Positions 37,220-50,464 of a DNA stretch of 61,565 bases are shown here, in pieces; positions within the stretch are counted from its first letter, which is position 1, and every line of letters begins with the position of its first letter. Where the stretch lies: the NCBI RefSeq assembly GCF_004010195.1, contig NC_057720.1, forward strand, positions 36,000,571 to 36,062,135. The letters run 5' to 3'. The notes beneath the pieces are model-generated. The model saw only the letters and a list, made by a program, of their open reading frames with translations, made no database searches and was not told the DNA's origin. Origin of the DNA: Chiloscyllium plagiosum. Taxonomy: Eukaryota. Made by a program: the position numbers and the translations under genes.

Positions 37220-38155
37220 ATGTGGAGGTGCCGGCGTTGGATTGGGGTGGACAAAGTCAGAAATCACACAACACCAGATTATAGTTCAACAGGTTTGTTT
37301 GGAAGTACAAGCTTTTGAAGCACTGGTCCTTCATCCAGTCGGCAAAAGTGAGGACTGCAGATGCTGGAAATCAGAGTCTAGATTAAAGTGATGCTGGAAA
37401 AGCACAGCAGGTCAGGCAGCATCTGAGGAGCACGAAAATTGACTATTCGGGCAGGATCTTTTACTATAAATTCAGTGTTCCACAATCCTACCCCACTAGC
37501 TACCTGACGAAGGAACAGCACTCTGAAAGCTTGTACTTCCAAATAAACCTGTTGGATTATAAACTGGTGTTGTGACTTTTAACTTTGTCCACCCCAGTCC
37601 AACACCGGCACCTCCACAACAGGATTTATAGCCAGAGAGATCAAGGGTAGAGAGATCAAAAGATCATTCAAATGATTTGAGTGGAGTGTCAAATATTACA
37701 TCTCTGCAGGTGACCAAGGGTGTTAGATGGTGTGAGTAAAGTGTCAATAGCTGAGTACCAACTGAAGGAATGACATATAATCCAACTAAATGAGGCAGAG
37801 AGATAATTACAAAAAAATTAAAAATAAGGTGGTGTTGAAGACAAACCAAATAATTGGAATAACATGGGACACGAACAGAAGCCGCTGGAAAAGCCCAGCA
37901 GGACTGACCGCATCTGTGAACAAAAAAACAGAGGTAGGGTCACCAGACCCAAAACATTAACTCAGATTTTTTGACACTCCAGTCACACCATTTATATGAT
38001 CTTTTGATCTGCCCGCCCTTCATCTCTCTGCGCATAAATTCGGTGTTCTGTCTGCTTTCCTCTCACTTCACCTGGTGAAGGGGCGACACTCTGAAAGCTT
38101 GTGTTTTCAAGTATGTTGGACTATAACCTGGTGTCATGTGATTTCTGACTTGGTC
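37220..38155. mobile_element. Nest of Penelope-like pieces from families A, B and C
   Basis: Family B inverted pair 37220-37340/37497-37620; family A piece 37344-37454; family B body in both orientations 37623-38155; family C piece 37870-37972. Confidence 0.75.
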
Positions 38156-39738
38156 TACAAGGACAGGTCTGATATACTAGTGCAAGTAACTGAATTCCTG
38201 ACTCCCAGAGACTTTCCATTATGTACAAGGGACAAATAAAAAGTGTGGTTAATTACTACCTTTTGTCTGGATGAGTGAAAATCCAGCAACAGACAAGAAA
38301 TTATGGTGAAGGGAGGAAGAAAGGTACACACTGAAATCATTCACTGCTTGTAATTATAGTTTCTTCTGAATTATTTGAATCAATCTGTTCAGATGTGATG
38401 TGACACACATTCATACAGGTGGGACTTGAATCCAAACCCTGGCGCTGAGGAAGTGGCACTATCATTGTACATGAGAGAACACAGAAAAGATTGTCAGCTG
38501 AGCGGGGGGGATTACATGGGCGAAGGAGGATTAACTATGAGGAACTTCAATCGTTTCAAGTCCATGTCAGTCATGGTCAATCCAGTGATGGCAAACACCT
38601 TTTCCTCTGTTGGGTCAAGAGCTTGCAACTGCACGTGTCACCCCTGGTCAGCTTTTATTGCCTCTAATTATGAACCAAATTGCCCTGCAAGAGAGGAATA
38701 ACTGTCAGTGGCCGGAACTAGTGCTTTTGGCACAAATGTCAGGTAACTTCAGGATAATACCATACCTGTGAAAAAGATTGCAGAATCAAGCACCATTTAA
38801 GAAATGAAGTGCTATCCAGCAAGTGGTTAGTCCAAACACAAGCCCCACCCCTGAAGTTCCATCTTGCCTGAGGATGCTGGTGAATTAGTGGTTGGTGCCT
38901 TAGCTACATGTTGTGTCACTGGAGACCAAAGCAGCACAGCCATAAAGAACAGTACTGGCGAGAAGTTAGTGATATTTTTGGGAAGATCATTGGATTGTCA
39001 AGAGTGTTGGAGCTGAGAACAGGTTGTGGTGTGCAGCAGCCACCTGACGTCCCCCCATTCTGTGCCCACACGTGCCCTCCGATTGGGCCAAATTGAGGCC
39101 GTTTTGCAAATAAACAGCAAGTTATGCTGCTAACAGGCAGGGCTGCTAGTCGCCTATGGATATATCATTCGCCCATTCCACCTTCTCCACCAATGCATTC
39201 AGTGCATTATCAGAGATCGTTAGTATTGACTTGCTCCTTTGATGCACCATAATTTACGATTCTTCCTCCTCACATTCCTTTCCACAAATATTCCAGCAAT
39301 GCTCCAGTCAGAATTCACCTCCCTTTAAGCAATGCAGGCTAGCTTTAAATGGTTTAATGTTTGTATGAACTTGGATCTCATGCTGAGGCAAGCAGTCACT
39401 GAACATCATATTTAGCACTGGTGGAACAGAGCAGTCATGGAAATTAGCAGGCAGTGCAAGAAAGCTGCCTGCATCAGAAGCAGTCATAATACCTGCTCCT
39501 ATTTTACAACATTGTCCAATTTAGCCCTCTTAATCTCTAACAACTACCAGTTCTTATGAACTATCATCACCCTGAAGCATTAGCTCTCTTTCTGTCTCCA
39601 TTTATGTTCCATGATTTGCTGAATACTTCCCAGAATTTCTCTGGTTATATCTGATTTCCAGTGCTGACAATATTTTGCGTTAAATGCATAATTCTTTGTT
39701 AGCTATACATTTTTATTTTTTTCTGACCCACCCCGCAG

Positions 39739-39838
39739 GCATACAGCTTTGCGATGGGGGATTATCCAAAGAGCGGACTGCCATTTATGATCAAAGGCTT
39801 GAATTTACAACATATTGGCAAACTACATAGTGGGATTG
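39739..39838 (+). CDS. ERI3: Internal coding exon (100 nt, phase 0 to 1) of ERI1 exoribonuclease family member 3; probably the penultimate exon
   Basis: Branch-like CTGAC, pyrimidine tract and CAG acceptor (AG 39737-38); GTGAGT donor at 39839. Only one frame is open: AYSFAMGDYPKSGLPFMIKGLNLQHIGKLHSGI(D). It matches the recalled human ERI3 segment AYSFAMGCWPKNGLLDMNKGLSLQHIGRPHSGI(D), including the Exo III H-x-x-x-D-D motif split by the intron. Flanking exons were not found in the window. Confidence 0.87.
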
Positions 39839-40799
39839 GTGAGTACATTAGATTTACCATTCATCTAAAATCATGCAATTATGTGGAACCATGCAATTAT
39901 GTGGAAAGAAAGTCCAAGTTCAATTGTCATGTTGTTTGGATATATTGCTGAGTTGCTGCTAATCAGAATAATCTGCAATAAGATTATCTGAATTGCCCAA
40001 CTACAATGCAGTGCAATAATTAAAATTTCCTTTTTATTTATATCTTGCCTGAAGTACATTTGTGAAATGAGGTTGTTATTCTAAATTTTGCAAGGTACTA
40101 GTCAAAAGATGATTGCAGTAATGATTCGTACAAACAAAATATGTAATGTGATTTGAATCTCCCTCATGATTTTGATACTTTTCTACCAGAAATAAGGCAC
40201 AGTGGGGTAAGGTTCAACTTTGATGTGACTGAGAAACAAACAGACTTGTTCCCGTTTAAGTACGTACTTAATTTTCCTTTCTGTTGAAGTTATTATGAAT
40301 GAGACTTGTAAAATCTATTCACAAATTTTGTCATAAAGTTGAAACAAGGTGCCTTGTTTTTAGGTTGAATATTTATCTATAACTTTTCATTTCTCACTTC
40401 AAACTTTGTTACTTTAAAATTTTTGAATATTTCTGGCATTTCAGTGAAGAAAACTTGCCTTGATTTCTCTTTTCAGCATTTTTTTGTTGTTTAATTAAAT
40501 AGAGCTGAATTATAAATTTATAAATTTCAGATTGATTCAATTGGTGGCAAAGCTCCTTTTGAAACAAAGAAGATTGCCAATTCAAGGCCCACTCCAGGTC
40601 CTGAGTAAATAATTCAAGCTGGCGCTTGAGTACAGTATTGAATAATAAATGTTAGAGGTGCAGACATTTGGATGGGACCTTACATCAAAGCCCTGGCTTC
40701 CTGCAAATATATATTAAGGAGCTTGTGGCACTTGTCAATTTCTAGTTATATCCCCAAACGAACCATGAAGATCAATTAACTGAACATCGATCACACAGG

Positions 40800-41372
40800 A
40801 AAATAGGAATTGCTAACTAGAAAATATGTTGCAATTGTTCAGGCCATTGATGAAGCCATTCCTGCAGTGTTGTGTGCAGTTTTAGTCTTCTTATCTGAGG
40901 AAAGATGGTTTTGCTATAGAGGGTGTACAGTCCTGACATATGAGGAGAAATTGAGTTGGTTAGGATTGTATTCATTGGAGTTTAGAAGGATGAGGGGGAT
41001 CTCATAGAAACCTATAAAATTCTAACAAGACTTGACAGGTTATTTGTACAAAGGATGTTCCCAATGGTGGGGGAGTCCAATACCAGCGGTCATAGTTTAA
41101 GGACAAAGGTTAAACCTTTTAGAACTGTAATGAGAAATTTCTTCAGCCCGAGCATGGCCACCTTGTGGAATTCACTACCATAGAAAATGGTTGCGGCCAA
41201 AACATTGTTTTCAAGAAGAGTCAGACGTAGCTTTTGTAGCTGAAGGGGTCAAGGGACATGGGGGAAGGGTGAGATTAGGCTAATGAGCTTGATCAGCCAG
41301 GATCATATTGAAGGGTGGAGCAGACTCAAGGGATCAAATGGCCCACTCTGCTACTATCTTCTATTTTTGTAT
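40800..41372 (+). mobile_element. Older CR1 3' fragment
   Basis: LTYEEKLSWLGLYSLEFRRMRG. Confidence 0.85.
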
Positions 41373-42503
41373 GAAAAGAGCCATGCTTCTGCTAATTTGT
41401 ACTGTAAATCACCGTTTTGGTAATCAAGTGATGCAAAAATATAGAACACGTGACTAGTAATGGCAAACAATCACAATCCATTAGTCTACAATGCACTGAG
41501 ATGTTGGATAAGATAAATCCACCCCTGATGGAAAGCTTTGGGATCTGTTCCTCTAAAGCAAGAAGAGAGTCGTATAGATGCATTAAAGGGTAAATTAGAC
41601 AAGTGTTTTGAGGGAGAAGAGAATAGATGGTTACAATGGTGGATTTAGATGAGCAAAAAATAGGAGAAGTCTCAAGTGGAACATAAACATTGGTGTGGAC
41701 TTTTGTCGTGTCTCGAGTTACTCTAAAATTTAGCCCTTTCAGCCCGAATATAATACTGGAGAGAATCAGTGCATCTTCTGCCACCAACACCCAATACAGA
41801 CCATTTCGCCTTTTTTGAGATTTTGCAGAACTATATGCAGTACTCAAAATTTCATCCAATCAAGGTTCTGCACAATTGAAGCATCAAATCCTCCTCTTGA
41901 TATTTCAGCCCCATTGATATGGAGGTCAATATTCCATTCGCGTTTTTGAATAGTTTTGGTCCTATGCATTAGCTTTTACTAATCAGTGTACCTGGATACC
42001 TAAATCCATTTGCTCATTATTGTTCCCAGCCTAGCACCATTATGACAATTTGTCCTTCCCAGATCCAAAGTGGTTGACCTCATACTTGCCTTCATTGAAC
42101 TCCATCTACCACAGCTTTGTCCACTTACCTAATCCATCCATCTATGACCCTTTCTGATATCTTATTCCATCCCCATAACAGACTCCAAATTTCATATCAT
42201 CTTGAAAATTGGATACACAATGCTTTATTTCTTTATTTCATGTCATAGAAGTACATGATGATAACCTAGTCTCAGGGCAGGTCCCCAGGGGACAACACTT
42301 GTACGCCCTCTAATCGTATTACATTCTATTTGTGAATTTTTAAGTCCCCAGTCTCCCAACCAATTACTAACACCTCCAGCATCCCTTCTGTGATACTTGT
42401 GGGTAAAAGAATGCTGCCTTCATTTCTCTTTCGTTGACTGGGTCGAAGTGGTCTAAAGTTCGTGAGGCTGTTGTCTTAAAAAGATGCAGTGTATAATACA
42501 GGA

Positions 42504-42639
42504 TAAAAAACTGAAAGAACTGCAGATGCTGTAAATCAGAAATAAAAACAGAAATTGCTGGAAAAGTTCAGCAGCTCTGGCAGCATCTGTGGAGAGAAAT
42601 CAGTTAATGTTTCAGGTTGAGTGACTATTCCTCAGAGCT
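42504..42639 (-). mobile_element. Penelope-like (family C) terminal fragment with hammerhead core
   Basis: Minus strand agct-CTGAGGA-atagtcactcaacct-GAAA-C-ATT-aact. Confidence 0.65.
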
Positions 42640-44261
42640 TGTGAGGAAGTGACAAACACTTTATTTCTGTGCATTTTCATCTCCTTATCAGCTAATCTTG
42701 CCTCATTAAAATGCAGTTTGTGAATCTCTCATACACTCATGAGAAATGAAATGGCACCAATTCCTGACTTGAAAGTCAGTACGGTTACCTAACAGCAAAA
42801 GTTCACTGGCTGTGTCATTGGTCTTCAGGTTCAGGTCCATTCAATGGCATCTCACAACACAGTCCTTGGGCAGCAACTGCTTCCACCCTTTGTCCATAGA
42901 TCCCCTTGGCATCAGCAAAACACCAGCCTCACATATTGTATGGCAGAATTTGCACTAACTCAGAATACACTTCAACACTTCTCTACTGCACTTTGGCGTT
43001 CACCTATTCCTCACATTGCAATGCTCCTGACAAGTCACTCTGCATGCAGGGACAAACACACATATGCCTCAGGCACCTGAACAGATTGAAACGCAGGGCT
43101 GTTAGTTTGCTTTCTTAGCAATTACTTTGACACTCTGACATCTCTGGCTTCCCTTGCCTTTTAGCGCATTGTCATTTCATTCAGAACTGACAGGCTTATA
43201 GCATTTCTGCACTGACTTGCTGCTTAGCACAGACAGAAAGCCAGGCAGCTTGGCGAGGGAGTGGGCATGTTGTTGTGTGGCATTGTCCTGAATCAATATC
43301 ATATCCACAGCATATGCCAACAGCCTCTGTAGCAAACACATTCCATGTGCTTCAACTAAATGCTCTGTCTGAAAGTCTAAGATGAAGAGTCCTTTGTCCA
43401 GTCAAGGGGAACTCTGAGCAGTCAGAGAGTGAGACTACATTCAGTGAAAGAAATCATCTGATTTTGGGGGTTGGCCAAGGTCAGTCGGATTCTTGGTGCA
43501 ATCAAATTCTGGGAATCCATTTCCTTGCAGTTGAAGAATTGAGTTAGTCCTGTAGGTCAGGTCCAACAGTCGAGGATTACAGTTGTGTCTGTTGAAGAGC
43601 AGTCGAGATGTCGGAGCATGGGTGGTGCTTAGTCAAGGGTATCCTTTCATATCATTCTGTCAAGGGGGTTATCAGGAGACAGTTCATGCTGTATTGGGGA
43701 AGACAGAAAGCACAAGGGTGGAGATTGGAGCCTTTTTACTGGGACACAGTCGAATATTAGTTGTGAAGAGGAACAACACCAAATATAATGGTGAAATCTG
43801 ATATAGCATGGGAGGATACAGACTATGTGGAATTAGGTGGGAGTAACTGATGGAGGGAGCACGTAAAACAGATTCACATCTGAGAAATCTATTGCTTCCT
43901 CAAAGGTGGAGGAGGAACTATTGGGCTGCAGAGCTACAAATGTCAAGGCATTAGTTAATTCATGGGAGTAGAAGCTTGAGAATGTAAAGAATGCATTCAC
44001 AGTGGTAGTAATGATACAGCAGCACATACAGCTTAGCACTTGGTTGCCTCAAAGTGGAAGTCTTGGTATTTCCAAGTGCGTAGTCGCAGACACCTCCTGC
44101 CATTTCAAGGATTTTTCATGAAGAATGAGCACACGTATGACAACCCCATCACCTGTCTTTATTCTCCAAATTTATACTTAACATTATGATTAATCAAATT
44201 AATCAACTTATAAGAAAAAGTAAGTAATATTTTTTCAGAGTTTTCCCTTCTCAAAGATTTT

Positions 44262-44640
44262 TTTTCATTCAGGACATGTAATTTTCACTGGCTGGGCATT
44301 TGTTGCTCATTCCTCATTGGAATGCCCTTGAATGAATGGCTTTTTAGACCATTTCAGAGGACAATGAAGAGTGAACCATACTGCTCTAAGTTTGGAGTTA
44401 CATGTAGGCCAGACCAGGTACAGATGGCAGCTTTCCTTCTTAAAGGAAGTGAAGCGATGGCTCTTTATGACAATTGATGGCAGTGTCCTAGTCACCATTG
44501 CCAAAATACCATTAAATTCCACAATTCTAGAAACTAAGTTCCATCAACCGTCGTGGGGAAGTTTGAACTCATATCCCTCAGATCTTTAGCCTGGGTGTCT
44601 GGATAACTACTAGTCCATGATACTACCACTATACCAAGGT
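44262..44640 (-). mobile_element. Second tRNA-SINE family copy
   Basis: ggagttacatgtaggccagaccagg core and tRNA-like head. Confidence 0.65.
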
Positions 44641-45667
44641 CTTCCAATATCACAACATTCAAAATTGGAGCAAGAGGATTGATTTGAAAGAGACACAAAA
44701 GAAGAAATAAGTTATTGAATTTTTTTAAAAAAAAGTTTGACAAAAAGCGGGTAATAAAAGTAACAGATAATAGCACACCTGTAAAAAAAAAAAAAATTGC
44801 TTTGGATATAACTTTAAGGGAAATATTTTAACAATACCCATAACTGTTCCTTAAAATCCAAATTTTAAACACACTTCCAGGTTTACACATTAAATCAATC
44901 TGTTACATTTTTACATGCAGACAGTGACCAGTAGTGATCACTTACTGCACAATTGACTTTTGAATGTACATTTGTTTGTTATATACCAATCTATTATAAA
45001 CTACCTGAAAAAAACCTAAACATAACAAATTTTTTTAAACTGCCAGAGGGTGTCAAGAAAAGGTTTCCAATAGATGCAACTGAGTCACATTCTGCCTGAG
45101 GTATGGAGATCACTTGAACAATTTTGAAAGCCTTTGCAGTCGGAAAGCCAGGCAACACAGAAGATTAGAGAAAACATTTAACTCTGCCAGCAGCATATTG
45201 TATTTGGATATTAACAAGACTCACTAATAAATACACATCTGTAAACCCTTATTGCCTTTAAAAATAAAACATCTGCTACAGTGGACATTCATGTATATTT
45301 AATGCTTCACTAAAGAATAAACGACATTAATTTAAACTGAATTTTACCTTTAAAATTGATTACATGAAAGTTGCAAAGACATGAGAACTTTATTTGCAAG
45401 CTTTCATTTTGCATTGGATACTGCTGATCTGTAATTACCTCAGATTATGCTGTCAGTAATAATAATGAGTCCTTAGTATTAGACATATTATTAAATAGCA
45501 GTGAAAATAATCAGACTGAGGTATGTGAGAGAGGGAAATTCTAGAATATTTGTTTGGGATTTCAAATTGGATTTGGCATCAGATTAAGACTAGACCTTGT
45601 TATTATCACAGTACTGGCGACCTTCCCATCATGGCCATTTAAATATTATTCCCAGGGTTAATACTAC

Positions 45668-46690
45668 ATAGAGTCATAGAGGTGTATAGCACAGAAACAG
45701 ACCCTTCGGTCCAACTCGTCCATGCCGATCAGATAGCCCAACCCAATCTAGTCCCACTTACGGCAACCGGCTCATATCCCTCCAAATCCTTCCTATTCAT
45801 ACACCCATCCAGATGCCTTTTAAATGTTGCGATTGTACTAGCCATCATACTACCTCTGGCAGCTCGTTCCATACACGTAACACCCTCTATGTGAAAAAGT
45901 TGCTCCTTAGGTCTCTTTTATATCTTTCCCCTCTCACCCTAAACCTATGCCCTCTCGGACTCCCCCACCCCAGGGAAAAGACTTTGTCTATTTATCCTAT
46001 CCCTGACTCTCATGGTTTTATAAGGTCACCCCTCAGCCTCCAGGAAAACAGTCTCAGTGTATTCAACCTCTCCCAACAGCTCAAATCCTGCAACACTGGC
46101 AACATCCTTGTAAATCTTTTTTAAACCTTTACAAGTTTCACAACGTCCTTCCGATAGAAAGGGGACTAGAATCACATGCAATTACAAAATAGTGGCCTAA
46201 CCAATGTCCTGTTCAGCCGCAACATGACCCCAACTCAATGATCTGACCAATAAAGGAAGGCATACCAAACGCTTTCTTCATTATCCTATCCACCTGCGAC
46301 TTTACTGTCAAGGAGCTATGAACCTGCACTCCAAGGTCTCTTTGTTTAGCAACATTCCCAAGGACCTTACCATTAAGTGTATAAATCCTGCTAAGATTTG
46401 CTTTCCCAAAACGCAGCACCTCGCGTTTATCTAAATTAAACTCCATCTGCCACTCCTCAGCCCATTGATCCATCTGATCACGATCCCATCATAATCTGAG
46501 GTAACCTTCTTAGCTGTCCACTTACTAACTGTACCTCTTATGCTCACATCCAAATCATTTATATAAATGACAAAAAGTAGTGGATCCAGCCCCGAGTCTT
46601 GTAGCACTCCACAGGTCACAGGCCTCCAGTCTGAAAAACAACCCTCCACCACCACCCTCTGTCTTCTATCTTTGAGCCAGTTCTGTATCC
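45668..46690 (-). mobile_element. CR1/HER1 LINE 3' ~1 kb (decayed RT C-terminal part)
   Basis: IQNWLKDRRQRVVVEG...LLFVIYINDLD; WAEEWQMEFN; terminal repeat. Confidence 0.93.
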
Positions 46691-47219
46691 TTTCTCTCAA
46701 CATTCCCATATTTCATCTTCCATCCTTCACCCACGATGCATTCCCAACAGTGCTGGACCCTTAGCTGACACTTTCATGGCTCGGAATGCTCAATCACTGA
46801 TGAAATCTCCCTTCCCCTCACAGCAGTGTCTTCCTGTTAGAGAATGCAGGCCATCTGCAGAGGTACAAATTTGTAAACCCTGCTGAGAATAGTTGATGAA
46901 GTTACAATAATTTTGATTTCATTTCTAAGCAAATACTCCAGAATGAGAAGCACAAAAACTTTCCTCGCCAGACAAGTAATGAAGTTACAGAAATTTCTCT
47001 CATTGCATAGTTCTTACTTTTCAACCTAATTATAATTACATGTATGTGGAAAGGCAATTGAAACTCAAGTGAAAAGGAATGCAAAAATTAGTTGGCAGAG
47101 TGATATACTTTTCTTTTCAAAAGATGAATATCATTTTGTCTGAGTTATCATCATCAATTGTATTTTTTTGCATTTGGATTTCCAAATTGGTGATAGGTGG
47201 GCACAAAAGCATCACAGTC

Positions 47220-47790
47220 TTTGATGAAAGTTGAACCAACTGTACCGTAGGGGTTGGAGGAAACAAATTCAGTTACTCGATAAACACAATGTTGCACAGG
47301 AAAAGAGCCATCAAGGTGGAGTCATACCAGCATAGGGAAGATGGTTATGGTTGTTGAAGGTCAGTCATCTCACTCTAAGCATGTTAGAATACTGTTGTGG
47401 GCCCAACCATCTTCAAATGCTCCATCAATGACCTTACCTCCATCATTAGGTCAGAATTAGGCATGTTTGCCGATGGTTCTACAACATGCAGCACCATTCA
47501 TAAATTCTTAGATAGTGAAAATATCTGTGCCCCTATGCAATAAGACCTGAACAATGTCCAGGCTTGGGCTGTGTGGCACAAGTGCTAACTGCTGCATAAG
47601 TGCCAGGCAATGGCCATCTTTAACAAGGGAGAATCGTATCATCTGCCAAGACATTCAATGGAATTATCATTGCTGAATCCTCCACTAACAACATCTTAGG
47701 AGTTGCCACTGATGAGAAACCAAACTGGACCAGCTTATAAATGCTAAAGCTCCAAGATCAGGTTAGAAGCTAGAAACTCTTCACCTAACA
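47220..47790 (+). mobile_element. Old CR1/L2-group LINE RT fragment (shorter relative at about 33400-33510)
   Basis: GPTIF...INDL.SIIRSELGMFAD motif. Confidence 0.7.
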
Positions 47791-47910
47791 GTACTATACT
47801 GCTTTATTTAAAAGTTAATTCTACATATGGGTGGCTCTTTGTGTCAAGAAGAATCTCTTGGCATCTGTCCAAGAGATATGTGTGGAACACATATGATGAG
47901 AATTATATAA

Positions 47911-48241
47911 ATTAGATTAGATTCCCTACAATGTGGAAACAGGCCCTTCGGCCCAACAAGTCCACATCGACCCTCCGAAGAGCGACCCTCCGAAGAGCAA
48001 CCCACCCAGACCCATTCCCCTGACTAATGCACCTAACCTTACGGGCAATTTAGCACGGCTGATTCACCTAACCTGCACATCTTTGGACTGTGGGAGGAAA
48101 CTGGAGCACCCGGAGGAAACCCACGCAGACACGGGGAGAATATGCAAACTCCACACAGACAGTTGCCCGAGGCGGGAATTGAACCCGGGTCCCTGGCGCT
48201 GTGAGGCAGCAGTGCTAACCACTGAGCCACCGTGCCGCCCC
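47911..48241 (-). mobile_element. HE1 SINE, full length and young, with a 15-bp internal duplication
   Basis: CpG-rich; gaccctccgaagagc x2 at 47969-47998. Confidence 0.95.
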
Positions 48242-49029
48242 TATATATTAAATTTATAATTGAATTTATAAAGCTGATTTTATTTGCAGTATTTTTGGGG
48301 AGGGCATTTACTTATGTTTGGCCTGAGAGGAAGTAGTCCTTATGAATTTTTATTATTTTATGCCTATCGTCAATTTCAAGACTTCTTGCTGCTTTTATAA
48401 TGTTTACCTCTTTTCTCTCACTGCTGTCTTGTTATGATACTGAAAGATTTTGTTTTACTATTTTATTGTCTATGCAAGTTCTGTCTTACCCATTTGGCAC
48501 CTTTTCTTGTATTCAAACCAGTGAGCCCTATTCTTTGACAGGCTGTTTTTTTTTCTCCTTGTCTTAGTATTAACTTGCTTATTACTTTATATAAGTCTCT
48601 GTTTATTTAAACTGAGTTCATCATATTTTCCCTGCATGTTCATCATTTAAAAGTATTCTAAGTAACATGACTGAAATGCTGCTAAACAAATTCCCTCAAT
48701 CTATTTCGTTAGAATTTTATTCATTTCTTTGATCCACATGGGAATTCTACTAGTATCCTTGTTGAAATAATGAATCTTGCTGGTCACTGTGTCTAAATGT
48801 ACTTTTCACTCTGTCATTTTTTCTTTTCATGGTACAAGCTAAAATAGTTACCCCATAATAATTTTTGTTGCTGCAAAGAATTAAATTTGATAGGTGTGTA
48901 TATTTCTTTGATTTTGATACTAAATTTTGATTATTCCACAAAACTCTTTTACTAGTGAATGGGGGGGGGGGGAGGGTGTGAGAGCTGCTGATAGTTTCTA
49001 AATCTGCAAAGTATAAGACAGGAGGGTTT

Positions 49030-49850
49030 AAAGGGATAGCAGAAAAATGTGACATTATAGACATAATTTGCAAATAGCATAAACTTGGAAGAGTAGCAAA
49101 CATAGAAAAAAATAGCAATTGACTTCAGGAATCATGGCAAGCTGGTGCAACAGGCAGGCATGTGACAGATGAAATTTAATGCGGAAAATTGTGAGACGAT
49201 ACATTTTGATAGGATGAAGAGAAATGCGTATTAAATCGTATACATTTAAAAGAGGTGCAAAGCAATGTATATTATTTGCGCACACATCTTTGAAGATGGA
49301 AAAGCTTAAACAATAGTTCATAAAGTATGTAAGATTTTAGACTGATAGCTGGCTACAGTACAAAAGCCAGGAAGTCATACTAAATATATGTGAAACATTT
49401 GTTATGAATCTAATCCATTCTGAAATATAAATATTAGGAAAGCTTTCAAGTGGCTGTGGAAAAGACTTTTTGCAATAGTTCTAGGGATGCAGGAGTATAA
49501 TTACACAAATAGTCTCAAGTTGTACTCCTTAGACCAGTGGAGGCTAGGAGGAGTTTCCACAGATGTGTTTAAATGTTGAAAAAAATGAGATAGGATAACA
49601 CAAGAGAAACTTTTTCCAGTGGCCCAATGAATCAATAATTCGAGGGCACAGTTTTAAGATGATTGACAAAACAGCCACAGGCAAAACGAGGAAAAGCATT
49701 TTTACACGACAAATGGTCAGAATTCGGAATCGCTGATAGCTAGGATGGTGAACACAAGTTTAGCAATGCCTTTCAAAAGGAATTTGGATAAATATTTAAA
49801 GGAATAGAATTTTCAGGACTATGAAGAAAGAATGGTACTAACCAGCATGA
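49030..49850 (+). mobile_element. Ancient CR1 fragment; tail resumes at about 50465-50512
   Basis: Decayed cagatgaaatttaatgcggaaaattgtgag and cgagggcacagttttaag motifs. Confidence 0.6.
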
Positions 49851-50464
49851 TATTATGGACCAGACCAAATCCCTCAAAATATATTAAGGAGATAACCTAT
49901 ACCCGAACTTTTATCTTATTTCAAGTTCCAGATGTCATGTAATTGGTCAAACCCCTGGACTTCAAGCAAAGCACATTTTATTCTTACACCACAGTTAAAG
50001 TATAAACAAAAAATAATAATTGACATAACTTTAACTCTAACAAAATACTTAATAAAATAATATATATTATAACTACTACTCATCTCATACACCAGCATCC
50101 CATAAACACATCCTTTGGAAAGGCAAAACAAATTTCCTTCACTTGATATCTCTGCCGGTCCATGAGATGGAACACCGACAGGATGAATCTAGCAGTAGAG
50201 AGAGAGAACTCAAGCTTTTTGTGGTGGCAAGGGAGCGTTGTATCTAGCAGCTTCAACTCCAAAACCCCCAACTTCAACAACTGAAAGCAAAACTAAAAGC
50301 CTGGGTCTGTATGAACTTGACTTCACCCACTCTTCCTTTTGTCTAATTTATAAAAAAAAAATGATGTTGTTTACTCTGCTTTACATTTGGCACCAGGTTT
50401 ATAACATCTTTCTTGAAGAGAAACAGGACAAAACAAACCCCGCGTAAAAGCGCATATCATCGCA
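49851..50464 (-). mobile_element. Probable solo LTR
   Basis: Interrupts a CR1 tail; termini tattatgg/tcatcgca are degenerate TG..CA; flanks atga/atgg; AATAAA on the minus strand. Confidence 0.5.

Noticed and set aside
39754..39951. 65-aa ORF as a stand-alone gene
   Set aside because: ERI3 similarity stops at the GTGAGT donor; the ATG is internal to the exon.
40107..40140. AG|ATGATTGC as the start of the ERI3 last exon (D-D-C)
   Set aside because: No pyrimidine tract, and the following codons (SNDSY) do not match the expected KNIANIM.
43430..44140. Possible PIF/Harbinger transposase remnant (WVVLSQGYP resembling WLLGDxGYP); similar GC-skewed patches near 17700-18060, 20920-21160 and 50600-50940
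   Set aside because: Too degenerate to call by eye; needs an HMM search.
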